A stretch of DNA of 44,916 nucleotides from contig CAZYCQ010000002.1 in NCBI GenBank assembly GCA_964645535.1, forward strand, positions 1,923 to 46,838, read 5' to 3'. A model generated the notes under the pieces. It had not been told where the DNA came from. It did not search any database and worked only from the letters and a program-made list of their open reading frames with translations. The stretch comes from an uncultured archaeon (GTDB lineage Archaea > Asgardarchaeota > Heimdallarchaeia > Heimdallarchaeales > Kariarchaeaceae). The position numbers and the translations under genes are program-made. Positions 28,125 to 37,330 of this stretch are shown piece after piece (the stretch's first letter is position 1; each line of letters starts with the position of its first letter).

Positions 28125-29417
28125 ATGTCCCAAGCCGTTTTTCAAAACAGGAAACTGATTGCCGGCATTGCCATTGCTATTGTTCTCATTGCAGGAGCTT
28201 CTTGGGGATCTGTAAGCCTGAATTCAACCAAAAACCATATGAGGGAATCCCTCGAACGGGCGGAGTTTTTCATCACCGACGTTGACATTCTTAATTTCAC
28301 GGGAAATTCCGTCTTCTTCAACATCACAGGAACAGTGGAAAACCTAATCCTGAACGGCAGTAATGAGTTTGAGGTTCTAGGCTTCAAAGTCATTCTGAAT
28401 TACAACACCACACCTGTGGAGATCACCATTGACCCAAAAACCATTGAGCTTCCTTCTGAATCCAACAGAGTTGAATTTTCGTTTGTCAGTTCTTTGGATT
28501 TTGATCAATTGCAGGGAAATGGATCTGATGAATTGCTTGGAGCAATCATTTCAGCAAGACATGTGGACATTCCATTCCAAGGGATCATTCAGGGGAGAAC
28601 CTTGGGGATCAAATCTGAGCTGGTTTTTCTCAATGAATTCAAGTTCAGAACTTCAAGAACCCTGTTGTTTAATGTAACGAGAATCGAAAATCCAGTCAGC
28701 TCAGGTTCAAAGGAATCCATGATAGATGTTGAAATCACCAACCCATTCTCAGGGACAGTGAGAGTGGCAGGACAGATAGAGGTAGGGTTGGGAGAGAACA
28801 AATTGGGGCAAATACCAGTAGAAGAACCATTGTCCATCATTCCCGGAGAAACTGGGCTGAAGCTTCCGTTTATGCTGCATCAAACGTATGCTGAAACGAT
28901 GCAAGCGATTCTAGTTTCGACGAACTTTACGATTTGGGCAAGGGGAGACCTTCAGATCTTTGGAAGTACGGATTCCCTGAACACTACCGCGATTTTCACA
29001 GTTGGGGGGGAAAATGGATCCCTACCCCTTGACTGGAAGATTAGTGGGTTCTCAATTGAGAATTATGATCCCCTGACAGGGGACGGTATTGTTCTATTCA
29101 ATCTCACAGTAATTAACAATCTGCCCATCGACATCCCAATCGAGCACATAGAGATGGAGTTGGCGACACTCACAGGGACGGTCTTCACTACGGTCGTATA
29201 TAATGGCACAAGAGTCATAATACCCCTGTATGGAAATGCTACCCTCCAAAATGTCACAGGAATTCTCAAGGGCGTAAATGCCTTCCTGATCGGAAGAATT
29301 TCAGAGGATGGGGCGATCAGCGTACCGGCCGCCAGAGTTGTAGTGTTCACAGAACAAGATAGTTTTGAAGTGATCTTCTCGATACCGAGAATTGAACTGA
29401 ATATCATTATAGGATAA
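28125..29417 (+). CDS. N-terminally anchored extracellular protein with tandem LEA_2/WHy-like beta-sandwiches
   Basis: N-terminal TM; VEITNPF and LTVINNLP motifs; many N-X-S/T sequons. Confidence 0.6.
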   Translation: MSQAVFQNRKLIAGIAIAIVLIAGASWGSVSLNSTKNHMRESLERAEFFITDVDILNFTGNSVFFNITGTVENLILNGSNEFEVLGFKVILNYNTTPVEITIDPKTIELPSESNRVEFSFVSSLDFDQLQGNGSDELLGAIISARHVDIPFQGIIQGRTLGIKSELVFLNEFKFRTSRTLLFNVTRIENPVSSGSKESMIDVEITNPFSGTVRVAGQIEVGLGENKLGQIPVEEPLSIIPGETGLKLPFMLHQTYAETMQAILVSTNFTIWARGDLQIFGSTDSLNTTAIFTVGGENGSLPLDWKISGFSIENYDPLTGDGIVLFNLTVINNLPIDIPIEHIEMELATLTGTVFTTVVYNGTRVIIPLYGNATLQNVTGILKGVNAFLIGRISEDGAISVPAARVVVFTEQDSFEVIFSIPRIELNIIIG

Positions 29418-30267
29418 GAAGGGAGACAATTGCCAAGAGATAGACCATACCAAAGGAGGTAATCAATGCATCCCTGAAATCAACATTGAAATCATCCATC
29501 AGATAGAGCGTTTCAAAGAAAATGAAAATGATGTTGGAGATAAGAATCAATATGCCTTGGAAGAAAGGAGATGAAACTAGGGAATCTGCTCCCCCCAAAA
29601 GAAGTATGGAACCAATAACAATCCCTGGAAGGAAAAGGGGAAGGATCAACAACGGCCCTCTGACAAGGACAGAAAGGAAGACCTTTTTTGGAGGATGGCG
29701 TGCCCCCTCCCTAAGGCGAAAGAGTATCCAGATGGCTGTAACCATCCACAGATCGATGAGGAACAACCATTGCACAATTGAGAGAGATGGTTGGCCGGCA
29801 GAGGAAAAATCAATCAGAAGTCCATATTGAGCCATTCCAACGGCATTATATAGAGAAGCCAGCAATAGGTAAATGATTACAGATTGCTGAAGGATGAACC
29901 AAGCTGGGGCAGAGTTCACTTTTGAAATTGTTGGCATTGCACGTTGGAGAAATGCGGGCAGGTTCTCTTGTGGAAGGTTTTCTGACTCGCCAAGAATAAG
30001 GGAAAGAACCCTTTGTCCGGTTTCATTCAACAGGTACTTTTTGTCTGGAGTCTGTGAATAGAGACCTTCCATCTTCCTGATGTGCCAATAGAAAGAACCG
30101 CTTTCCAGCCCAGTCATGGCAAGAATCTCGGTGTAACTGACAGGCCCTTCCGCAAGGATGAAAAGAATCTTCAACCGAACGATATTGGAAAGTGGCTTGA
30201 AGATCTGCTCAACCCTTGATTTGAGTTCCTCAAGATCAGGAAGAGGGGCGATCCCTGTGCGGTTCAT
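29407..30267 (-). CDS. ArsR-like winged-HTH regulator fused to membrane domain
   Basis: LSN..RLKIL..L.EGP.SYTEI...LESGSFYWHIRKM..Y.L...G followed by ~5 TM. Confidence 0.85.
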   Translation of the reverse strand: MNRTGIAPLPDLEELKSRVEQIFKPLSNIVRLKILFILAEGPVSYTEILAMTGLESGSFYWHIRKMEGLYSQTPDKKYLLNETGQRVLSLILGESENLPQENLPAFLQRAMPTISKVNSAPAWFILQQSVIIYLLLASLYNAVGMAQYGLLIDFSSAGQPSLSIVQWLFLIDLWMVTAIWILFRLREGARHPPKKVFLSVLVRGPLLILPLFLPGIVIGSILLLGGADSLVSSPFFQGILILISNIIFIFFETLYLMDDFNVDFRDALITSFGMVYLLAIVSLLIL

Positions 30268-30294
30268 ACGAAATGTGTTGGCATTTTCTTTGTT

Positions 30295-31452
30295 TTAAGG
30301 ATATTTCTTCCTTTGAGCTAAAATGAGAACCATGGCGGTAAGGATAGGGAGAGCCAATAGCAAGGCATAGGCCTGTGAGGAAGGAGAGAGGGAGACAACT
30401 TCTTCAGCTGCTTGAAAGATAGTGATACCGATGTCAGGGTCATGCACTACATCCTGTCCATAAGGATAGATCAACCCCTTTCTAATTGTCCAATCTCTGA
30501 CAAAGAGAACATGGGTCAAATTGAATTGCAATTTTCTTGAAGCTTTCACCGGTTCTGCCGATCTGACACGGACGGGAAATGATTTGCCATCAACGTTTAC
30601 GGTTGGCACCCAAGAGTATCTGAGATCTCCAAGACCGGATGCCGACAGCCTCACGTGAGGAGCAGTACTCCCATTGGTAGCCTCTTCTGAGGCGGAGAAA
30701 TCAGATGGGCGGAAATTCGTTTCGAGAAGGTTCCGAGGAACAAGTGCTTGCTGGAATACACGGACATGGACTGGAAGAACGATATTCCGATACCTTGTGG
30801 ACTTCAATTGATGGAATTCATGGTTCATTTTCAAGGATATCTGGATCTGCTCTCCGGTAGTTGTCTTTTGATCAATTGAGGAGGTTCCATCCTCATTGAT
30901 TTTGATCTCAGGGAGAGACTGTGGTTTCTGGGTCACCTCAGATTGAAGAGAAACTGAAAAGGACACCAATGGGCCAGTTTCATCATTATTTACAAGAGGA
31001 GCAGCCAAATGTGTACGGAAATTGACACTGTTGCCGACTCGGGATTGCTCGGTGACGATGGACCAGTTCAGATCGGTCAAAGGGACGGTCTTCATTTGTC
31101 TGCCTGGTGTAACAAAGATCACGTTTGGAAATGAGACAATGAAGATTTGTCTTGCCTTAATTGGAAATATTTGCTCCCCAGTGCGTACAGTTGCCAAGGT
31201 GGTATTGACAACTAGAATGAAATGGGCACTGTAGCTGTCAGTAGGTTTCCCACCGACGAAGATTGCCTGCAGAGAATCTGAACGAAACCCGGAAAATGAG
31301 GCGGAACTTCCGTTAAATTGGTCACCAATGGTTCGCTGGAAAGTGCTCCTTTTTGCAGGGCGGGTTTCACCAAGTACAGCCAAAGAGGTTCCCTGCATGG
31401 TGACCAATAGCAAATTGATAAGAAGAAATGTAAGTATCTTCCGGGGTTTCAT
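30295..31452 (-). CDS. Secreted, C-terminally anchored surface protein
   Basis: Signal peptide, beta-rich ectodomain, VVHDPDIGI, C-terminal TM plus RKK. Confidence 0.7.
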   Translation of the reverse strand: MKPRKILTFLLINLLLVTMQGTSLAVLGETRPAKRSTFQRTIGDQFNGSSASFSGFRSDSLQAIFVGGKPTDSYSAHFILVVNTTLATVRTGEQIFPIKARQIFIVSFPNVIFVTPGRQMKTVPLTDLNWSIVTEQSRVGNSVNFRTHLAAPLVNNDETGPLVSFSVSLQSEVTQKPQSLPEIKINEDGTSSIDQKTTTGEQIQISLKMNHEFHQLKSTRYRNIVLPVHVRVFQQALVPRNLLETNFRPSDFSASEEATNGSTAPHVRLSASGLGDLRYSWVPTVNVDGKSFPVRVRSAEPVKASRKLQFNLTHVLFVRDWTIRKGLIYPYGQDVVHDPDIGITIFQAAEEVVSLSPSSQAYALLLALPILTAMVLILAQRKKYP

Positions 31453-31520
31453 TCAATATCTAAATACCATAGCAATCTTTAGCAATAAATACATGAGGGT
31501 AAAGGTTTCTTGGGTTTTGT

Positions 31521-33434
31521 TCATAGCATGTTTTGGAGTTCCGAATAAATCTGATCGATCTTGAGACTGAGCCCATAGACATGATTCAAGCAATCAATCC
31601 ATGCCCGATCAAGCGCCAGCCTTGTTCGTTGAACAATTTGTTGTTCAATTGTCGGGAGTTCCTGTTGCCGCAACAGATCAAATTCTTGGAGGATACGGTT
31701 ACGATAGGGAGTGACTACATCATTTGGATCGATGAAAAGCGGTTCCCGTTTGTAGTCCGAGATTTGGAGACGACCAAGATCCCTCCCTATGACTCGTCTT
31801 ACCCTGAAGTAGATGAGCAAAAAGAGTGAAGATGAGAGCCATGCCCCTAGAAGCTTGGATTGTTCATAGTTAGTTTTGAAGAGGTAGAAATTTTTGGTGG
31901 CAGACACTTTTCCGTCTAGGAAATGGGAAAAAGTACCGACAGATCTGAATCCGAATTTGTCGACAACGAACAGGTAACCGAATGGATCTTTTGTCTCAAC
32001 CTGTTTGTGAACATGGGTCAGCCAAGAATTCCCAAAATTTTTTCTTGCCGTTTCGGCAAGGTGGCCGGTTTCCTCCACATATTTTTCAATCCATGGCAGA
32101 TTTTCTCGCGGAGAAAGTGCCAGCATCCAATGGTTCAGGAGGGGAGTAATCCTCGTCTTGCAGTGGGATGGTTTTCTCAAAACGGGTACAAGATTTGTCT
32201 TGGAAATATCAAGTAGGGTAGAGGTTTTATTGGATTTGATGAGGAGGGAATGGGAGGTCTCTTGGACAACAGTCCAACCTCGGTTGGGAAGGACAAAAAA
32301 GTCAGGACCATACATCTCCAACCCCCGGATCAATGGAATTTTGAGTTCAGAGATGGTATGGAGAGGGATGTCAAAGTCTGTGGAGGAATTTCCGAAATGC
32401 CGTAACCAATTCCATTCTTTCATCAGCGATTTTTGGGATATCATGACGGTTTTTATGGGGTCAAAACCCATAGGAGTCCGTTTCAATGTCGTGAATTCAG
32501 TTCTCGCGTTAGCTGCACTTATTTTCTTGGCCACGAGAATTATTTCCCTGATCTTGCTGCCATCAGAAAACGATCGTTGAGCAGATTCGGAATAGAGTGA
32601 ACGCACATGGTAATTGTTGAGAAGATGCTGCATGATTCCTCGCGAATAGTCAGAAGTGAAGGTGGCTGCTGGAAGAACCGCAATAAGGATTCCTCCAGGT
32701 CTAAGCATCATGTCGGAAAGAAACAATGAGTAAACATGTAGTCCAGGTTGACCGCGAAGGAATCCTTGATAGATCTGAAACCGTTCTTTGATCTTTTGGT
32801 GTGTATTTTCGGAAATACGATGTCTTCTGGTAAATGGAGGGTTCATGACAATCATGTCAAACCGTTCATCGATACCTTCAAGGTCAAAAGCATCTGCAAG
32901 AAAGACAGTTGCGGATTCGGCTTTTTCAGTAGCAAGAAGTTCAAGTAAGGTTTTCAGGGTGGCAAAGGCAGATTCTGGATAGATTTCTGAGGCGAAAAGG
33001 TGTAGCCTCTTGGAAAATGTATTCTGGACTTCCTTGAGCAATCTTCCTGAGCCTGCAAAGGGATCCGCAACAGAGGAGACCATCGTCTCAAATCTTGACG
33101 CAAGATGACCAATGAAACGGGCAGCCTGCATATCTGTAAAATTGGCAGCAAGCATTTTTCGGACAGTTGGCTCCATCTGTCGTTGGATGGCATCGCCATC
33201 ATTGGTAGAATTGGAAGAATTGGCAAATGAAAGTCTTGATTGAAGAATATCATATAATGCATGGTTGACAGAGAGTTTCAATCCTAGATTGGTGAGCCTT
33301 ATTGCAAGATCATGATCGATGATGAGCAATCCTGAGCTATTAAGCTGTTGAGAGTCATTTCCTTGATGAATATTGAATGGATTTGAAAGAACAAGAATAT
33401 CATCGATCTTGATTTTTTTAGAGCTCACCAACAA
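31521..33434 (-). CDS. N6-adenine DNA methyltransferase, gamma class (TaqI/Eco57I-like), with C-terminal TRD
   Basis: Motif I DPFAGSGRLL precedes motif IV MNPPF; LRPGG...VLP. Confidence 0.88.
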   Translation of the reverse strand: MLVSSKKIKIDDILVLSNPFNIHQGNDSQQLNSSGLLIIDHDLAIRLTNLGLKLSVNHALYDILQSRLSFANSSNSTNDGDAIQRQMEPTVRKMLAANFTDMQAARFIGHLASRFETMVSSVADPFAGSGRLLKEVQNTFSKRLHLFASEIYPESAFATLKTLLELLATEKAESATVFLADAFDLEGIDERFDMIVMNPPFTRRHRISENTHQKIKERFQIYQGFLRGQPGLHVYSLFLSDMMLRPGGILIAVLPAATFTSDYSRGIMQHLLNNYHVRSLYSESAQRSFSDGSKIREIILVAKKISAANARTEFTTLKRTPMGFDPIKTVMISQKSLMKEWNWLRHFGNSSTDFDIPLHTISELKIPLIRGLEMYGPDFFVLPNRGWTVVQETSHSLLIKSNKTSTLLDISKTNLVPVLRKPSHCKTRITPLLNHWMLALSPRENLPWIEKYVEETGHLAETARKNFGNSWLTHVHKQVETKDPFGYLFVVDKFGFRSVGTFSHFLDGKVSATKNFYLFKTNYEQSKLLGAWLSSSLFLLIYFRVRRVIGRDLGRLQISDYKREPLFIDPNDVVTPYRNRILQEFDLLRQQELPTIEQQIVQRTRLALDRAWIDCLNHVYGLSLKIDQIYSELQNML

Positions 33435-33466
33435 AGGAATTTGGTCAGGTTATTTGTTTGTTGTCA

Positions 33467-36400
33467 TTAGTCAACTGGCCGACGATCGACAAGCATAGGC
33501 TGGAATATGGCCAATGTGCCGGTGGACATATCAAGTGTAATCACAAGGCCATTACTTGCGGTGAATTCCGCGGAATAGGAACCCAATACATAGCTGTAGG
33601 CCACGTAGGTTCCATCACCCACACCGTTAAAGGTCGCGTATCCTGAAGAATTGGTCTGGGCATAATAGCCAGTCCACTGGTAAAGGCCATTTCCGACCGG
33701 CTTGTAGAGATAAACCCAAGAATTGGTTACGGGATTACCGTCAAAGCCTATCAACTGGACGTAGACTGTTCCACCACCGATGTTGATTTCATGAACGGCA
33801 CTGGAATTAGCAATTATCTGACCGCCAATGTAGGAATAGGCGGAATAGGTGAATGAGCCTTTAGTTGCCAAGATCACATATTCTGTCTGGTTGTTGCCGT
33901 AGATGGTGGCAACACCAGAGGAGTTGGTGCGTCCATAGCCTGCCTGAAGGCCTTGGAAGGATAGGTAGACATTGATCTGCGGGACAGTGGCGTTCGCACC
34001 ATCTTTCACAAGGACATACATCCTGACAGGAGCAATGGTAGTTACCGCACCAGGAGTGGCGTTGAAGGTCTCACCGTAGATATATCCGGTGCCGGAATAG
34101 TAGGAATACGCCAGATATGTGGCGTTTTCAACTGCGGTGAGGGCAGCTACACCAGAAGAATTGGTCTGACCACGTCCGCCAAAAAGTCCATCGGAGGTTC
34201 GCAGATAGACATATTGATTTGCGCCCACAGGGCTTGATGATTCGATCTGAAGAACCTTGACATACACCGTCGTAGTTACCAATGAAAACTGGTAAACAGT
34301 ATTCCCAGTAACGTTGAAGGTGGGTGTGTTTTGATAGACTGGATAAGCATAGACCCGTGCGTAATAGGATCCATTAAGGACGAAGTTGAACACAGCATGC
34401 CCGGTGGAATTGGTTCGTCCCCATCCAGCATACCGGTTGGTGGTAGCATCGTATAGATAGACATAGGCATTCTGAATCGGGCTTCCGTCAATATCAACCG
34501 CAATGGTCAAGGTATGCCCAATTATCGTCATATCGACCACCAAGCCATCCGTGGCATTGAAGGGAGAGGACAGAATCTCTCGACTTCCGATTATGGCACG
34601 GGCAACAATTTCCGCATTCTCAGGTACAAGAAGGGTGGCGATACCGGATGAATTGACCAGACCATAACCAGTATAGGTTCCGTTGGTTGCGAAATAGGCA
34701 TACACATATGTCCATGAGTTGGAGGGGGTGTATGTCGAACCTGATGTATCTTGAAGTCTCACGTAGACAGTTGAGACATTGAATACTACAGTATTCACTT
34801 GGTTGTCATAAAGGGTCATTGGAGCGGAACGCATGTACCCTGTTCTTATCACATAAGTCGAGCCGTTGGTTATGGTTGCTTGGGCAAATCCAGTGGAGTT
34901 GGTACGTGCCCATCCTGCATAGCTACCCTGAGGAGTATAGAGATAGACATAAGTATTGGCCAAGACAGTGCCCTTGTTGGTCATGACCTTGAGTATGGTC
35001 GGAGAAGGTTGAATGACCACGGTTGCACCGGCGGAGATGGTGAAGTTTCCTGAAAAGAAGTAGAGGTAGGGAGAAGGTGAGTAAACATAGACCCGATACA
35101 CCCCCGATTCTGGAGCATTAAAGGAAACCTTGCCATTTGCATCAGCCTGGCCAAATCCAAGGTAGGAAGAAAATTGTGAAGAGGAATAGAGGTAGACTCG
35201 GGCATTGGCAAGATCGGATCCATCTGCTTGCTTGACATGGATAGTGAAGCTTACCGTTGTGATGACAAGGACAATTGAGGAATTGACCGTTGAATTGAAT
35301 GGTGCAGTTTGGATGATGTTGCCGTAATCTATGCCCACTGTATAGATCGTATTTGGCTGTAACAGGAATGTGGCATTTCCATTGCTATTCAGATATTGCC
35401 GGGAAGAGAGGGTTCCATCAATATAGGCATTTATATATGTATACCTGATGGGGTTACCGCTGTCGTCTTCGACATGCACCTGTACAATGGTTCCACCTAG
35501 GGAAAGATCGACCACAAGGCCATTGGTCACATTGAATGGATTGGTGGAGATATAAGTGAACTGCCCGTTGATATAGGCATAGGTCTGCATATAGGCAGTG
35601 GTGTTTTCAGCCACATTTACCACAAATGTTCCTATACCAGTGGAATTGGTACGGGAATAGCCAAGGTATCCACCAGTGTCTGAGTTGTAAAGATAGACAT
35701 ATTGATTGGCACGAGGCGTTCCATTCGGATTGGTCAGATTGACGAAAATGACATTTCCGGAAAGCGTGATGTTGTAGACCATATCAGAAGTGACTGTGAA
35801 TTGGGGAGAGTTGACATATCCCGTAGAGGAATAGTACTTCACATAGTAGGTTCCGTTCTCCAAGCCGTAGAAATTGGCAAAGCCAGTACCATTGGTTCGT
35901 TGAGAGGATATGGAACGACCGAACTCATCATAGAGGCTGACATAGACCGAAGTGACGGGTTGACCTGTGGAAGTGGTCAAGTTAACTGACAGGGTGTTTC
36001 CTCCAAGGTAGAATTCGTAGACAGATCCAGGAACAACCAAAAACGTGTTTGATGAATAGGTGGCTCCCTGTGAAACTTGAATTCTGAAATAACTGGCAGC
36101 AATTGAGAATTGTGCCATTCCCGATGAATTCGTGTAACCGTAGCCAACGTATGTTGAGGAGGTGCCAATCACAGAATATGCCCGAACATAGGCATTCGGT
36201 ACAGGATTTCCATTGGCCTGCAAAACCTTCACATAGATCACACCAGGTTCCGTGTTGATGTAGACATCCTGTACCGCAGATACATCAACAAAGGAACTCA
36301 CCGCTGGAATCTGTGAACCATGATAAGCATGGAACTTGTATTCGCCACTGAGAAGAAAGAACTGACTTGTTCCATTGCTGTCAGTGGTTTTGGACAGACC

Positions 36401-37321
36401 AGTAACTTGCTCAACGACCCGGTTACCAACTACAACCTTCTTGAAGGCAAGTACGGTAGCACCTTGGACAGGATTGTTATTCTCAGCATAATGGACATTG
36501 ACCGCCCGAATGTTTGCCCGAACTGCAATCTTCCGAAACAGCCTGAAATTGTCAATGGAGGCAGGATGGGTGAAAGGAGAAGTGGTTCGTACATCAGTTT
36601 GGCTTATGAAGATCTTCAAGTAATATTGACCAGCCCTTAACCTGAAGGAAACCTGTGCATTACTGTCTGTAATTTTTTCAGGGGCAGCAGGCAGATCAGT
36701 TCTTGCATCAAACAGGACGATCTTGATTCCACTAAGGGTCAGGGCACCTTGACCCAGGATCCGAAGTGCATCAGGATCATTCCTCATGGCAGCAGATTGC
36801 AGTGCCAATTGATCCTCTGCACTCATTACCTGCTCTTCTTCAAGCTTGATGGTCAAGGGATCCGTCGGTGCGATTTCCGACACAGTACCGGTAAGCTCAA
36901 AATGACCACCAGCCATGTCGAAAACCAAAGCATAGGAATCGCCGATTGAAAATTGTTCACTGGATTTGCCAGTGGCAATGACCAGCTGCCCAGGATCAGT
37001 CACACTCACACTTTTGGAGGTAAGAGGCAAGGACCACCAAGAATCTCCAAGGAATACACCGTTGGAGAAGACAACAGTTACGTTTTCGATCGGGATTGTG
37101 CCAAGGGATCGAGTGGTCATATCAAAGACGGCCATATCCGCCTTGCCATCACCATCGAAGTCGTAAAAGGCGTTTTCGGACAGTTCAACCTCATAGAGTG
37201 AGTTCCCTTGGTTGATGTAATAATTGACTAAAAGAGCAACCGATGCAGCTGCGGCGACCACCACGGCAATCAGGAGAATTGTTGCGATTATCGGAGAAAC
37301 CGATTTCCTGTGTTTTTGCAT
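33467..37321 (-). CDS. Giant type IV pilin-like protein: class III signal peptide + pilin head + 13 prealbumin/carboxypeptidase-regulatory-like repeats
   Basis: KHRKS|VSPIIATILLIAVVVAAA; DFDGDG motif; repeats V.V....G.P..N.YVYLY...G.G.TNSSG.A.F; SD-like GGTGGT before ATG 37321 (alternative GTG 37330). Confidence 0.85.
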   Translation of the reverse strand: MQKHRKSVSPIIATILLIAVVVAAAASVALLVNYYINQGNSLYEVELSENAFYDFDGDGKADMAVFDMTTRSLGTIPIENVTVVFSNGVFLGDSWWSLPLTSKSVSVTDPGQLVIATGKSSEQFSIGDSYALVFDMAGGHFELTGTVSEIAPTDPLTIKLEEEQVMSAEDQLALQSAAMRNDPDALRILGQGALTLSGIKIVLFDARTDLPAAPEKITDSNAQVSFRLRAGQYYLKIFISQTDVRTTSPFTHPASIDNFRLFRKIAVRANIRAVNVHYAENNNPVQGATVLAFKKVVVGNRVVEQVTGLSKTTDSNGTSQFFLLSGEYKFHAYHGSQIPAVSSFVDVSAVQDVYINTEPGVIYVKVLQANGNPVPNAYVRAYSVIGTSSTYVGYGYTNSSGMAQFSIAASYFRIQVSQGATYSSNTFLVVPGSVYEFYLGGNTLSVNLTTSTGQPVTSVYVSLYDEFGRSISSQRTNGTGFANFYGLENGTYYVKYYSSTGYVNSPQFTVTSDMVYNITLSGNVIFVNLTNPNGTPRANQYVYLYNSDTGGYLGYSRTNSTGIGTFVVNVAENTTAYMQTYAYINGQFTYISTNPFNVTNGLVVDLSLGGTIVQVHVEDDSGNPIRYTYINAYIDGTLSSRQYLNSNGNATFLLQPNTIYTVGIDYGNIIQTAPFNSTVNSSIVLVITTVSFTIHVKQADGSDLANARVYLYSSSQFSSYLGFGQADANGKVSFNAPESGVYRVYVYSPSPYLYFFSGNFTISAGATVVIQPSPTILKVMTNKGTVLANTYVYLYTPQGSYAGWARTNSTGFAQATITNGSTYVIRTGYMRSAPMTLYDNQVNTVVFNVSTVYVRLQDTSGSTYTPSNSWTYVYAYFATNGTYTGYGLVNSSGIATLLVPENAEIVARAIIGSREILSSPFNATDGLVVDMTIIGHTLTIAVDIDGSPIQNAYVYLYDATTNRYAGWGRTNSTGHAVFNFVLNGSYYARVYAYPVYQNTPTFNVTGNTVYQFSLVTTTVYVKVLQIESSSPVGANQYVYLRTSDGLFGGRGQTNSSGVAALTAVENATYLAYSYYSGTGYIYGETFNATPGAVTTIAPVRMYVLVKDGANATVPQINVYLSFQGLQAGYGRTNSSGVATIYGNNQTEYVILATKGSFTYSAYSYIGGQIIANSSAVHEINIGGGTVYVQLIGFDGNPVTNSWVYLYKPVGNGLYQWTGYYAQTNSSGYATFNGVGDGTYVAYSYVLGSYSAEFTASNGLVITLDMSTGTLAIFQPMLVDRRPVD

Positions 37322-37330
37322 TTCAACCAC

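Noticed and set aside
31521-33434. BREX/DISARM or type IIG RM system
   Set aside because: No pglZ, brxC, helicase or nuclease motif seen in or beside the gene
33467-37330. Pilin repeats as DGR target or recent DNA tandem duplication
   Set aside because: Repeats are similar only at protein level; no near-identical TR/VR pair and no reverse transcriptase
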